Shown here piece by piece: positions 51,310 through 64,000 of a DNA stretch of 64,000 nt. Under the pieces are notes generated by a model. The model had not been told where the DNA came from, made no database searches, and saw only the letters and a program-made list of their open reading frames with translations. The position numbers and the translations under genes are program-made. Position 1 is the first letter of the stretch, and each line of letters opens with the position of its first letter. Source of the DNA: Octopus vulgaris (taxonomy: Eukaryota); the NCBI GenBank assembly GCA_951406725.2, contig OX597820.1:2666001-2730000 (forward strand), in the 5' to 3' direction.

Positions 51310-51644
51310 CGAGGGTGGGTCAAAAAGTAACGTCATTTTGTTTAGGACTGGTATAATTACTGACACAGGAACATGTATCATGCATCAAAATGAAGCTGGT
51401 CCTCTGTGGATCACATCCCTACTTCTCAACATAGTCACCGTTTCTCTCAATAGCAATGTTCCACCTTCAAATGAGAGCATGTATCCCTGCCCCGTGAAGT
51501 TCTGTCGACTGTTCTTTGAGCCACTGCTTCACTACAGTTTTCACTTCCTCATCAATGGAATAATTTAGCGCCTTCAGACTATCATCTCTTTGGCCCCATG
51601 AAAGAGGGTTTGAAAGGCAAGCATTACTTTTTGACTCGCCGTCG
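51310..51644. mobile_element. Mariner-derived MITE with internal inversion
   Basis: TA|CGAGGGTGGGTCAAAAAGTAA ... TTACTTTTTGACTCGCCGTCG|TA. Minus strand encodes DEEVKTVVKQWLKEQ...GDYVEK*; plus strand encodes LAPSDYHLFGPMKEGLKGKHY. Confidence 0.85.
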
Positions 51645-53625
51645 TAGGATTAAAAATTGAAATAAATTTTCCAATAAAAAAAAACATCTATCCAAATCCA
51701 GTCAATGAAGGAGCAGACATAGCACCCAATTCTTCCTCGAATTGCATCCATCTTTAAAAAAGTAGGTGTTTTCTAGAGTTTTTAACATTAGACAATGTAA
51801 TCCTTGGAATGCCAAAAGATAGGATGGCCACAAGTAGAATGTCTGTAACTGTAGGTCTGCTCAATAGAGCTGATAACTTAGGACTGATAGAAATTAAAAA
51901 ACAAAAACAAAAACAAAATTGCAGCAGGAACAATTTTTTCCTCTCTAAATGAAAAAGTATGAAAAAAAAGAAAATTCAGGTGCAGGAGTTGCTGTGTGGT
52001 AAAAAGCTTGCTTATCAACCACATGGCTCTGGGTTCAGTCCTACTGCGTGGCACCTTTGGTAAATGTCTTCTACAGCCTTGGGTTGACTGAAGCCTTGAG
52101 TGGATTTGGTTGACAAAAACTGAACGAAGCCCATTGTGTATATCTATATATCTATATATATATCTATATACACATATATACACATATACATATGCACATA
52201 CATACATACACACACACACAAGTGTGACTCCCCACTGTCACTTGACAACTGATGTTGGTGATGTCCCCATAACTTTCCAGACTTCAAAAAATAAGGGGTT
52301 GATTTGTTCAATTAGACCCTTCAAGGCAGTGCCCCACTATGGCCACAGTCCAATGACTAAAACAAGTAAAAAAATATACATTTCCTACGCACACAAATGC
52401 CGCTGCATGCACATGGCTTTGTGTATATTCCAACATTCTATAGCCTTCGTTTCTCATTGACATAAACAGTGATACAATGTTTACATTCCTAGCTTATCAT
52501 CATTAAATGGCTGTTTTCCATGCTGACATGGGTTGGAAGGTTTCACAGGAGCTGGCAAGGATGGAGAGCCACACCAGCTTCCATTGTCTGTTTTGGTTTG
52601 GTTTCAACAGCTAAATGCCCTTCCTAACATCATCCGCTTTACAGAGAACACCAGGTGCTTTTTGTGTGGTACCAGCACCACTGCTTTCTACATGGTACCA
52701 TCACCAGTGCTGGTCACTAAAAACAAAAATCCTTTAAGTGAAAAAACAGTTAAGAATGAACAACAGTGAAGGCATCAGGCCCTAAAATACTGCCTCCAAT
52801 AAGGGTCCATCTTATCCATGTTTGCAGGACACAGAGACATATTAAAAATTAAAATACTGAGTGAGAAACTTTGTTTGAAAAGTTTAAACATGATTGTTGT
52901 AGTTTCCATGGAAACCTGTAGAAAAATATTTAGAAAATTGTTGTTTACCTTGAATGGGGCTACATAACTAAGAAGTTTGCTTGGCAGCCCCATGGTTTGA
53001 AGTTCAATCCCACTCTGCACCACTTTGGCAAGTGTCCTCTCCAATAGATCAGGCTGACTAATGCCTGGTCAGTGAATTTAATTAAGTCTTGGATTCTGAT
53101 GGAATATAGGCCATCCATAACTGTTCTCCTCTCTTCTCAACCTTGGGTTGTCTTTTCTGCTTCTCTTGAGCTGGATCCTTGCATTTTGCTTTCGGATTTT
53201 ACCATTCTGCTCCACGTTTTCCTGAAGGAAGGTGTTCCTCTTCCAGGTTTTGTTAGTTTTCAATTGTCATCAATGCTTTTGGAACTTAGCATTTTTTTTT
53301 TCTAGGTAGAGTTACTGACCCTATGCGACCCCAGTTTTACTTCTGAGAAAAGCAGCTCCAAGTCTAGACTTTATCCACTGACCTGTCCAGCATGGGAGGA
53401 CGTACCAGGACCTTGTGTTCTGCTGGCATATCTCTGAGGGTCATTGAAACACAGCAACAAAGGCTGGGCCTTGTGATGGTTGTGAGTGAATTTGGTAGGC
53501 AGAAATTAAAACAGATGCTAAGCAAAGGAATGAACGAAAGAATCATTTTATGTTGTCTGCGACAGAATTGCTATGAGAAAGAATTACAACTAAACTGGTT
53601 TTTAAAAATTGTTTCAATTTCTTGT

Positions 53626-53631
53626 TTTATT
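53626..53631 (-). terminator. Candidate polyadenylation signal AATAAA for myotrophin
   Basis: AATAAA on the minus strand ~930 nt after the stop, where transposon-free UTR-like sequence ends. Another AATAAA at 54142-54137 borders an (AAT)n tract. Confidence 0.35.
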
Positions 53632-53773
53632 TATCCAAATTGGGGGTCCTTAAAAAAAAAAGCAAAATAAAAGGTCCAGAATATTTCATACAGTCATAAC
53701 ACAGAAAAAGAGAGCCATACATTATACATACATACATATATATATATATATACATACATACATATATATATAT

Positions 53774-53843
<70 letters not shown>

Positions 53844-54556
53844 GTAATGGCAGTATGTGTATTGGTGTAGTTTAGAAGTTGGAGTGCAATATTTCACTGA
53901 GAGATGTTTGAGCCAACACACAAGCAGAAAGTCCCTTTAATGTTGAGCCATTTGTGTACGTATTGGATGTCCATCTAATTAAGAAGAGTGTTTAAATATA
54001 CCTATGATTAGGGAAGAGAGAAAAAAACAAACAAAAAGAGCTGAACTGCTATGAAACTTTCCCATGCATTTGTTACACACACACACACACACACACACAC
54101 AAAGAGAGAACAATCTTAAGCTGTTTTTGTTCATTCTTTATTATTATTATTATTATTATTATTATTTAAATGTAAATATATCTAAAAAAAAAAGAAAAAA
54201 TATAAAGCACTGGATTGATAGAATTTTTCATAATTTGTTGTAATTAAGTTTGGAAACAAGGAATTGGTAAGCTGCTTGCTTGTGTGTCTGTAGTTGTATG
54301 ACCAAGGTAGGCGTGGTAAACGATTACCTCGGTAACAATAGCTATGAGTTTACGAGCATCCAGATATGGAGTTGTGTGTATATCTATGAGACTGTATTCA
54401 TAATTTGTCCGAAAAGAAAGAGAAGGTAGAAGTGGAGTAGAGAATAAAGTCTGTTCTGTTGATGGACATTGTGTTTAGTGTGTGTGTGTGTGTGGGTGTT
54501 GTTGCTACTGGTGGTGGTGGTGGTGGTGCAATGAAACATTTAAACATTTAGGGCAC

Positions 54557-54643
54557 TTATTTCAGTAATGTCTTGATTTCCTCCGAATCTGCACATTCAA
54601 CGATATGACGTCCATCCGGTGCTTTGATCTGTTTGTCGGCACC
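54557..54643 (-). CDS. MTPN: Myotrophin (V-1), last coding exon GADKQIKAPDGRHIVECADSEEIKTLLK*
   Basis: Acceptor TTCTCTTCTATTTTCAG|GGT, 28 codons plus TAA. Aligns with the human MTPN C-terminus [28 protein letters not shown]. Absent from the ORF track because it is short. Confidence 0.9.
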   Translation of the reverse strand, partial: GADKQIKAPDGRHIVECADSEEIKTLLK

Positions 54644-54687
54644 CTGAAAATAGAAGAGAATAAGGGCCTTAATAACATTTAAGATTA

Positions 54688-54917
54688 CCCACATATATAA
54701 AATCCTCTGGGTGTGTGTGTGTCTCTCCTATGCACGCCCCACCCTATATGGCCCTTCTGATTTTTTTTTCTCAGCAGTATAATACCAAATTTCGCATGAA
54801 GGTTTTTCATTACTTGGGGAAGGTTGCAAGGTAGTGGGGACAGTTTCAAATTTTGGCCCCCTATACGACCCTTCAGATTTTTTTTTTGCAGTGGTATAAC
54901 AGTTTCACTTTTATTCC

Positions 54918-54955
<38 letters not shown>

Positions 54956-56413
54956 TTCCTCTATGCATGGCCAAACCGCTGGATCAATCTGTAGCAAATC
55001 TGGCTGTTTGGAAATTATGTCGGTTTTGTTTTTCCGCTTTAAAAGAAAATGATTCTGAAACGCTTCTTAATTGTGATAATGAAACAAGAGGTTTAAAGAA
55101 AAAGAAACAGAAAGGTTTCTTATTTCTTTAGTGCCCACAAGGGCTAAACACAGAGGGGACAAACAAGGACAGACAAATGGATTAAGTCGATTATATCGAC
55201 CCCAGTGCATAACTGGTACTTATTTAATTGACCCCGAAAGGATGAAAGGCAAAGTCGACCTCGGTGGGTTTTGAACTCAGAATGTAGCAGCAGACAAAAT
55301 ACCGCTTAGCATTTTGCTTGGCGTGCTAACGTTTCTGCCAGCTCACCACCTTAGAAACAGTAAGGTTTCTAAATAACTAAAAGTCTTCATACAGACACAT
55401 GTTTATACACTGTAGGATATCTTTCAGTTTATACAATAAACTTAATAAATTTTAAAGTTCAATATTTCCGTGACATAAATTAGAGATATCGACAGGAGTT
55501 ATTCAAACAATTGTTCGTGGAATGGACCTAATAAAATTTGCTAGGGTACACTCGAAATTTCATATTTAAATCTGATGAGACTATTTCTACTTGAATACTG
55601 GTCCTACCTCAGATTTGAAATTGAATCTATAATCTACCCTTAGCCAAACTGCTGGATCAATCTGTACCAAATTTGGCATGAAGGTTTTTCATTAATGGGG
55701 GAAGGTTCGGAGGGGGGGGGGTGTAACTAAATTATTAACTTTTTTTTGCAAAAACAGAAACATGTTTTACATACCTGTTGTACATGTTGGTTTTGTTTTT
55801 TGCTTCAAAAAGTAAACCATTCTGATAGAAGCAAACACGATATTGAATAATTCTCTGCCATACGTCTACGACCCCACCTCTTTATTTTAAAGTAAAGATT
55901 AACGCTTTTTTAATTGTGATAAAGAAACAAGAGGTTTAGTCCTTACCACCAAAATTCATTTCTCTTGGGAATATAAGGGTGATAATGTCTTTATTCTACG
56001 GATCGTGTTAATCCCATCTGACCTCCCCTATGAATTTAAACAGCTCCAGTTCCCAGAGAAACTAAGTTTTGCTATGTCCATAAGCAAATCTCAAGCACAA
56101 TCTCTCAACGCTGTTGGACTTAACCTTGCTTTTCCTTGCTTCTCTCATGGGCAATTATATGTAGGATGTTCGCGAGTTAGAGGTCCCAAAACCCTTTTCC
56201 TTTCTACACCAATTAAAGGACACACTGAAAACACTGTATAGTTAGAAGTTCTACGAAATTAAACTATGATGGATTTCAGGATTTGTTTTAATAACTTTGT
56301 TTATACTCACGTCATCTGATAGAATTTTTCTGAAAATATCTTTATCAGAATAAATATATCTATTTCCTTTAACATTCTTTAAACTTCTGAGCAACGCTGG
56401 GTACTCAGGCTAG
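54688..56413 (+). mobile_element. Internally deleted Helitron with Pif1-family helicase C-terminal fragment
   Basis: 55975-56255 encodes RIVLIPSDLPYEFKQLQFPEKLSFAMSISKSQAQSL..GLNLAFPCFSHGQLYVGCSRV (helicase motifs V-VI). 3' hairpin CTGAG..CTCAG then CTAG|T at 56413. The 5' end is approximate. Lies in the last MTPN intron. Confidence 0.85.
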
Positions 56414-56429
56414 TGTATGTGTGTGTGTG

Positions 56430-57246
56430 TGTGTAATGTCAGTGTGCATGTGTAATGTTAGTGTGTACACACGACAGTGTAAGCGCCCTGAGAGAAAAGC
56501 TGGACATAAGAAGCATCAGATATGGTGTGCAAGAAAGACGCTTGCAATGGTATGGTCATGTACTGCGGATGGATGAGGAGAGATGTGTGAAGAAATGATA
56601 CTCCCAAACAGTTGAAGGTATCAGGGGGAGAGGTAGACCCAGGAAGACATGGGATGAGGTAGTCAAGCATGACCTCTGAGTGTTGGGCCTCACAGAGGCA
56701 ATGACAAAGGACCGAGATCTCTGGAGATATGCTGTGACTGCAAAGACCCAGGCTGCTTCCTGCACCAGTTTCGCATAGCCTCAGCCCATTCAAAGTACCT
56801 TGGATTGCAGAATGCCCTGCTGTGCTTGAGGAGACCTACTGAGTCAAGTATATCAATATCAAAATAAATATCAAATGGAAATTGTAGTTACGATACCTGT
56901 GCCGGTGGCACATAAAAAGCACCATCCGAACGTGGCTGATGCCAGTGCTGCCTTGACTGGCTTCTGTGCCGGTGGCACATGACCTGCTGTGCTTGAGGAG
57001 ACCTATTGAGTCAAGTACATCAACATCGAAATAAATATCAAATGGAAATAGTAGTTGAGATACGTGTGCCAGTGGCATGTAAAAAGCACTCACTACACTC
57101 ACAGAGTGGTTGGTGTTAGGAAGGACAACCAGCTGTAGAAACACTGCAAGATCAGACTGGAGCCTGGTACAGCCTCCTGGCTTCCCAGACCCTGGTCGAA
57201 CCGTCCAACCCATGCTAGCACAGAAAATGGACGTTAAACGATGATG

Positions 57247-57249
<3 letters not shown>
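56430..57249 (+). mobile_element. RTE-LINE 3' fragment
   Basis: LREKLDIRSIRYGVQERRLQWYGHVLRMDE...RGRPRKTWDEVVKHDL followed by the family A tail. Confidence 0.88.
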
Positions 57250-57295
<46 letters not shown>

Positions 57296-57297
<2 letters not shown>

Positions 57298-57490
57298 GTG
57301 GTTAGGGCAGCGGACTCGCGGTCGCAGGATCGCGGTTTCGATTCTCAGACCGGGCGTTGTGTGTGTTTATTGAGCGAAAACACCTAAAAGCTCTACGAGG
57401 CTCCGGCAGGGGGTGGTGATCCCTGCTGTACTCTTTCACCACAATGGCGGTGCCCCAGCATGGCCACAGCTCAAGAGCTGAAACTGGAAA
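57296..57490 (+). mobile_element. tRNA-derived SINE family D (chimeric with a family C tail)
   Basis: TAGTGGTTAGGGCAGCGGACTCGCGGTCGCAGGATCGCGGTTTCGATTCTC head, then GAGCGAAAACACCTAAAAGCTC. A homologous copy starts at ~4636. Confidence 0.7.
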
Positions 57491-57509
57491 AAAAAAAAAA
57501 AAAAACAAA

Positions 57510-57549
<40 letters not shown>

Positions 57550-57888
57550 AGTGTATAGTTTTTTTATTTTATTTATTGTAACTGAAACCTCTCAAGTCTC
57601 ATGGCTTGAATTTCACACCACCATGACCTGAGAATAACTTGAGTCACAAGACAAACTGCATTTTCAGTTTCAATAACCCCCCCCACCCAAAAAACATCCG
57701 CAACACGTGTGTGTGTGTGTGTGTGTGTGTATGCACACATACACTAATACAATGCGGAATATTTGAAAGGAGAGTGTAGAAAGACGAGGAGAGAAAGAGG
57801 TATACAGAAAGAGAGAGAGAGAGAGAGAGAAAATGAAGCAGAGACCGACAGATGGTGATGCATAAATAAATGAATCTTTAGTTCTCAC

Positions 57889-57972
57889 CTGGGATATAAG
57901 GTATTTGACACACTCAGCATGGCCTTCCCATGTGGCTGCTAATAACGCACAGATTCCATGTTTGTCTAATCG
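57889..57972 (-). CDS. MTPN: Myotrophin (V-1), penultimate coding exon RLDKHGICALLAATWEGHAECVKYLISQ (ankyrin repeat)
   Basis: 84 nt, acceptor TTTTGCAATATAG|CGA, donor CAG|GTGAGA, phase 0/0. Aligns with human [28 protein letters not shown]. Upstream exons were not found in the window. Confidence 0.92.
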
Positions 57973-59362
57973 CTATATTGCAAAACAGAAGAACAGTCAT
58001 TTCATTATTACACTGCAAACGATGTTTAACAAGTCATTTAAATCTTCAGCCAAATTTATTAATTAACAATAAAAATAAAATTACAAGGTGTAGGTGAGAA
58101 GCTTGCTTCCCAACCACATGATTCCAGGTTCGGTCCCACTGCGTGTCACCTTGGGCAAGTGTCTTCTACCTTAGACTTGGGCTGACCAAAGCCTTGTGAG
58201 TGGATTTGGTAGACAGAAACTGAAAGAAGCCCACTGTGTGTTTGTTTGACCTCTACCACCACCTGACAACTGGCGTTGGTTTGTTTACATCCCTGTACCT
58301 TAATGGTTCGGCAAAAGAGACCAACAGAATAAATAGCAGGATTAAAAAAAAAAAAGTCCTGGTATCAATTCAACTAAAAATTCTTTCAAGGCAGTGCCCC
58401 AGCATGGCCACAGTCTAATAACTGAAACAAACAACAGGCAAAAAAAGATGATGCTTGAAGCACATCGTTAGTTACAAATCTATAGTCAGCATCAGAAAAC
58501 ATGTGGAGGTGGATGGCTTAATGGGTAAGGTGCTGGGCTCATGATCGTAAGATTATGGTTTCAATTCCTGGACTGGGCAATGTGTTGTATTCTTGGGAAA
58601 ACCACCTTGTTTCATGTTGCTCCAGTCCATTTAGTTGATAAAAATGAGATTCTCTAATGGACCAGCATCCCATCCAGGGAGGAATATAAGCCAGAGAAAC
58701 CAGGAAACCAGCCCTAGGCTCCTTACACAGTAATGTGGGCTTACCTTAAAAAAAACATGAAGCTGTAAGAAAACTTGCTCTACGAGTTAATCCTTTGGTT
58801 ACAATATTTTGGTTGAAATACACCGTCTTGGTTTCCATTTGGTTTGAAAACAATGAAGAATTTATTAAAACGGTTGGGACAGGGGTGCTAGGAATGTGGC
58901 CTGAGTGTCAGCCTGAAAAAGTTTGGGAACCACTGCTTTAAAACATGAGCTTTGTAGCAAGCAACCAAGGGACCTGTTCCACTCTGTCTCTCCTTCTTTA
59001 ATCTCTCATCACCAAGCACAAAGCCACCCCCTGTAATAGTACTCCCACCCCGTCTCAGTCACGGGATCTTGCTTTGCAATTACTTAGTGATCCCACTGAT
59101 GCTGGTGCTACATAAAAAAAACACCCAATAAACTCTGTAAAGTGGTTGGTACTGGGGAGTGCATCCAGCTGTAGAAACCATGCCAGACAGATGGAGTTTG
59201 GTGCAGTTTTTTTGATTCCCCAACTCCTGTCAGACCTGCCAACCCATTACAGCATGGAAAACGGATATTAAACGAGGATGAGCAACTCGTTATTAAACTG
59301 GAATTTGGAGCATTAATTAACATGAAATCTTGATGAAAGAAGTAATTTAGATCACTTTAAAA

Positions 59363-60165
59363 CAGTGGTTCCCAAAGTGGGGGCAGTGGAAAGTTCCAAG
59401 GGGATGTTGAAGTGGGGCGATAAAGGGGGTAGTTATTCAAGTAAAAAGAACAAAATAATGTACATTATTTACATTTGATGGATATTTGTCCTCATCTTGT
59501 TTGTTGTTAACACAACATTTCGGTTTATGTATCCTCCAGCCTTCATATAAGTGTCTTGGGGGAAATTTCAAACCTGGGTTCTCATTCCTAAGGTATTTTT
59601 CAATGTTATTATTATTATTATTATTCAGGTCACTACCTGGAATCCAACTCGGAATCTTGGGGTTAGTAGCCCACGCTCTTAACCACTATGCCATATGCCC
59701 GTCAAATGTAAATAACTTATCATCATCATCATCATCGTTTAACGTCCGTCCTCCATGCTAGCATGGGTTGGACGGTTCGACCGGGGTCTGGGAAGCCAGA
59801 AGGCTGCACCAGGCTCCAGTCTTATCTGGCAATGTTTCTACAGCTGGTTGCCCTTCCTAACGCCAACCACTCCAAGAGTGTAGTGGGTACTTTTTACGTT
59901 CCACCGGCACGGAAGCCAGTCGAGGCGACGCTGGCATCGGCCACGATTTGGATAGCGCTTTTTATGTACCACCAGTCCAGGGGTCCTGGCAACTGCCGGG
60001 TGCCAGTCATAGGATTGGTTCAATTTCGATTCTGATTTCGATTTCTCATCTCTTAAATATAGAATTGAACAAAATAATGGTTTCCTTAGGTTAGAAAGAG
60101 GTCTATGTTTGTGATGGTTACTTGGGATGGGGGCGCTAGTGATGTGGCCTGTTTAGGAACCACTG
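59363..60165. mobile_element. hAT (Charlie/MER5-like) MITE
   Basis: TIRs CAGTGGTTCCCAAA / TTTAGGAACCACTG. Perfect 8-bp TSD CTTTAAAA at 59355-59362 and 60166-60173. Confidence 0.85.
59461..60066. mobile_element. Palindromic tRNA-head/hammerhead element, copy 3 (right arm deleted; family A tail inserted at 59717-60045)
   Basis: Perfect 13-bp TSD GAACAAAATAATG at 59448-59460 and 60067-60079. Left arm intact; centre ...ATGCCCGT fused to CAAATGTAAATAA; ends TCATCTCTTAAATATAGAATTG. Confidence 0.85.
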
Positions 60166-61279
60166 CTTTAAAAGGTGAACTTTGTAGCAAACAATTAGGG
60201 GTGGTCTCAGATGGGTTGGTGACAAAAAAGTTAACATAAATTGTCTTTCTAATACATCTGCTCCCGCATCACTCGCAATGCATTGGATAACATACACAGC
60301 AGAACAGTAAGGTTGATATCAGACCCTACTCGCCAAATAGAAGAATGAACCAACAAGAAGAATCTACTAGAAATAGCAGCTAAATTCAAACCACAACTTA
60401 CAAAAAAAAAATGCATTGGACACTGTGTTATACTAATAAATACACCAAAAGATAGGATGGTCACGACTAGCATTGTTGACCAGAGGCCTTGTGATAGAGG
60501 GCTAAACTAGAACAAACATAAGAGCAGATGGCTAGGCTTGGAAACAGATAAGGGTTGGTGACACAAACGGTATCTGGGCAATTCCAGCTGATCCATGCAA
60601 GCATGGAAAAGTAGGCATTAAACCGTGATGATGATGATGATGATGACAACCCTATCACAACCATCCACTAACAATTCAGTGGATGGCTATCTTATTCAAT
60701 AAGGATATCTAGTTTAGGAGTAGACCAGCAAAGGGGGTTTAATATCTTAACTTTTTGTTACCTATTTTTACAGTGAACCAGACGGGGTTAGTAGTGCAAA
60801 TTGGTGCCACTTTAAATAGCTGCTGCCAGTGGGTGGCTGAAGAGATAAGACAAATTCTGGAGTTCATAGAACGTATCTGTGAATTGAACAAACTGGGTTG
60901 TTTTTGGTTTTTGTTTTTCTGGGATGCTATCTGACAGGAAATTGGTACTTCAGAGGACTGGGAGCGGAAGTGGCTAAGAAGCTGAAAGCCAAATTATCTT
61001 CAACACATGTGGGCAGATGTGAATGACTCCCATCTATCAGTTATCTTATACTGGTTTCAGTCACTGAACCGTGACCATGCTGGGGCACTGCCTCCAAGAG
61101 TTTCAGTTAAACAAATTGTCTCCAGTACTTTCTTTTTTTAAAAAAAATCTGATACTAATTCCATTGGACTCTTTTGCCAAACTGCTAAGTTATGGCCATG
61201 TCAACAAATCCACACAAGTTCTCAAGTGATGTTGGGAGGGGGAAAATACCTCACAAAGACACGCATACATGTGCATTAT

Positions 61280-63226
61280 ATGTGTGTGTGTATGTATACA
61301 CACACATATATATATATACACACACACACAAATATATATATGCACAAATGCTCTAATATCTATACATCATTGGTTTTTTTATCATCTCATTACACAAAAA
61401 TACATATATACATATATACATACACACACACATATATACATATATATACACACACATATACCCATATATACACATATATATATACACCCATATATACACA
61501 TATATATATATACACATATATACACATATATATATACACATATATACACATATATATATACACATATATACACATATATATACACACATATATACACATA
61601 TATATACACACACATATATATATACACATACATATACACACACATATATATATACACATACATATACACACACATATATATATACACATATATATATACA
61701 CATACATATATACACATACATATATACACATACATATATACACATACATATATACACATACATATATACACATACATATATACACATATATACACACATA
61801 TATATACACACATATATACACACATATATATACACACATATATACACACATATATACACACATATATACACACATATATATACACACATATATACACATA
61901 TATATATATACACACATATATACACATATATATATATACACACATATATACACATATATATATATACACACATATACACATATATATATATACACACATA
62001 TACACATATATATATATACACACATATACACATATATATATATACACACATATATACACACATATATATATACACACATATATACACACATATATATATA
62101 TACACACATATACACACATATATACACACACATATATACACACACATATATACACATATATATATATACACACATATATACACATATATATATATACACA
62201 CATATATACACATATATATATACACACATATATACACATATATATATATATACACACATATATACACATATATATATATATATACACACATATATATACA
62301 CACATATATACACATATATATATATATACACACATATATACACATATATATATATATATACACACATATATACACATATATATACACATATATATATATA
62401 TACACACATATATACACATATATATACACACATATATATATACACACATATATATATATATATATACATATATATATACACATATATACATATACATATA
62501 TATATACACGTATATATATACACGTCTGCCAGCCTCGTCTGGCACCTGTGTCGGTGGCACATAAAATCACCCACTACACTCTCGGAGTGGTTGGCGTTAG
62601 GAAGGGCATCCAGCTGTAGAAACACTGCCACATCTGACTGGCCTGGTGCAGCCTTCGGGCTTCCCAGACCCCAGTTGAACCGTCCAACCCATGCTAGCAT
62701 GGAAAGCGGACGTTAAACGATGATGATGATGATGATGATGATACATATACACACACACATATATACACATATATATATACACACACACACACATATATAC
62801 ACATATATATATATACACACACACACATATATACACATATATATACATACACACATATACATATACATACACACACACATATATATACATATACATACAC
62901 ACACACATATATACATATACATACACACACACATATATATACATACACACACACACACACACATACATATACATACACACACACATATATACATATACAT
63001 ACACACACACACATATATACATATACATACACACACACACATATATACATATACATACACACACACATATATACATATACATACACACACACATATATAC
63101 ATATACATACACACACACATATATACATATACATACACACACACATATATACATATACATACACACACACATATATACATACACATACATACACACATAT
63201 ATATATACATACATATATATATATAT

Positions 63227-63275
<49 letters not shown>

Positions 63276-64000
63276 TATATATACACACACACACACATAT
63301 ATATACACACACACATATATATACACACACACATATGTACATATATATATATATACACACATATATATACATATATATACACATACATATACATACATAT
63401 ACATACATATACATATATATACACACATATACATACATATACATACATATACATATATATACACACATATATACATATATATACACACATATATACATAT
63501 ATATACACACATATATACATATATATACACACATATATACATATATATACACATATATACACACATATATACACATATATACACACATATATACATATAT
63601 ATACACACATATATACATACATATACACACATATACATACACACACACATATACATAAATATACACACACATATACATAAATATACACACACATATACAT
63701 ATATATACACACACACATACATATATATACACACACACATATACATATATATACACACACACATATACATATATATACACACACACATATATATACACAC
63801 ACACCTATACATATATATACACACACACCTATACATATATATACACACACACCTATACATATATATACACACACACCTATACATATATATACACACACAC
63901 ACCTATACATATATATACACACACACACCTATACATATATATACACACACACACACCTATACATATATATATACACACACACCTATACATATATATATAC
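61280..64000. repeat. Giant compound (TA)n/(CA)n satellite, >2.7 kb
   Basis: Almost pure alternating purine-pyrimidine with nearly no G on the plus strand. Source of the 300-500 aa low-complexity ORFs. Confidence 0.97.
62522..62741 (+). mobile_element. Young RTE 3' end inserted in the satellite
   Basis: Nearly identical (about five substitutions by eye) to 9233-9455, with a (GAT)n tail. Confidence 0.92.

Larger units (their letters stand above)
58787..60234. mobile_element. Degenerate piggyBac-like MITE fragmented by nested insertions
   Basis: Starts TTAATCCTTTGGTTAC and ends GGGTTGGTGACAAAAAAGTTAA. Internal pieces follow the layout of the 26775 MITE. Confidence 0.5.

Noticed and set aside
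53600-54556. let-7 and miR-124 sites in the MTPN UTR (co-regulators in mammals)
   Set aside because: Only imperfect matches (CTACCTT, GTGCCCT) were seen on the mRNA strand.
60245-60330. Missing MTPN upstream exon (minus-strand AGADV)
   Set aside because: There is an in-frame stop shortly upstream, no LHYAAD.GQ ankyrin motif and no suitable donor site.
61226-63928. Long ORFs of 300-500 aa
   Set aside because: They are translations of the (TA)/(CA) satellite (H/I/Y/T or C/V/Y/M only) and are open in multiple frames on both strands.

Overview
Eukaryotic, AT-rich, repeat-dense genomic DNA. The SINE families, RTE-clade LINEs and (TA)n/(CA)n/(GAT)n microsatellites match what I recall of Octopus genomes (inference; no database search run). 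Two host genes lie on the minus strand. TTC17 has coding exon 1 at 37897-37784 and the next coding exon at 1152-1008, separated by a ~36.6 kb intron. Myotrophin (MTPN) has its last two coding exons at 57972-57889 and 54643-54557. The rest is mostly transposon debris: RTE, CR1 and R4/Dong LINE pieces, several SINE families, mariner/maT/Tc1/pogo, hAT, piggyBac-like MITEs and Helitrons, often nested with recognisable TSDs. Almost all ORF-track entries are artefacts of repeats. The most unusual signal is a multi-copy palindromic element (18519-19138, 24565-25201, 59461-60066, partial 1924-2085). It has two back-to-back tRNA-like Pol III heads, each followed by an (AAT)n linker and a minimal type I hammerhead ribozyme motif, a one-sided 3' tail, and 11-13 bp TSDs in two copies. 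This is consistent with a SINE-like non-autonomous element mobilised by Penelope-like machinery. Other notable points are a second hammerhead-bearing family, a C4HC3 PHD-type finger inside the RTE reverse transcriptase, and a miR-375 seed match in the MTPN 3' UTR.
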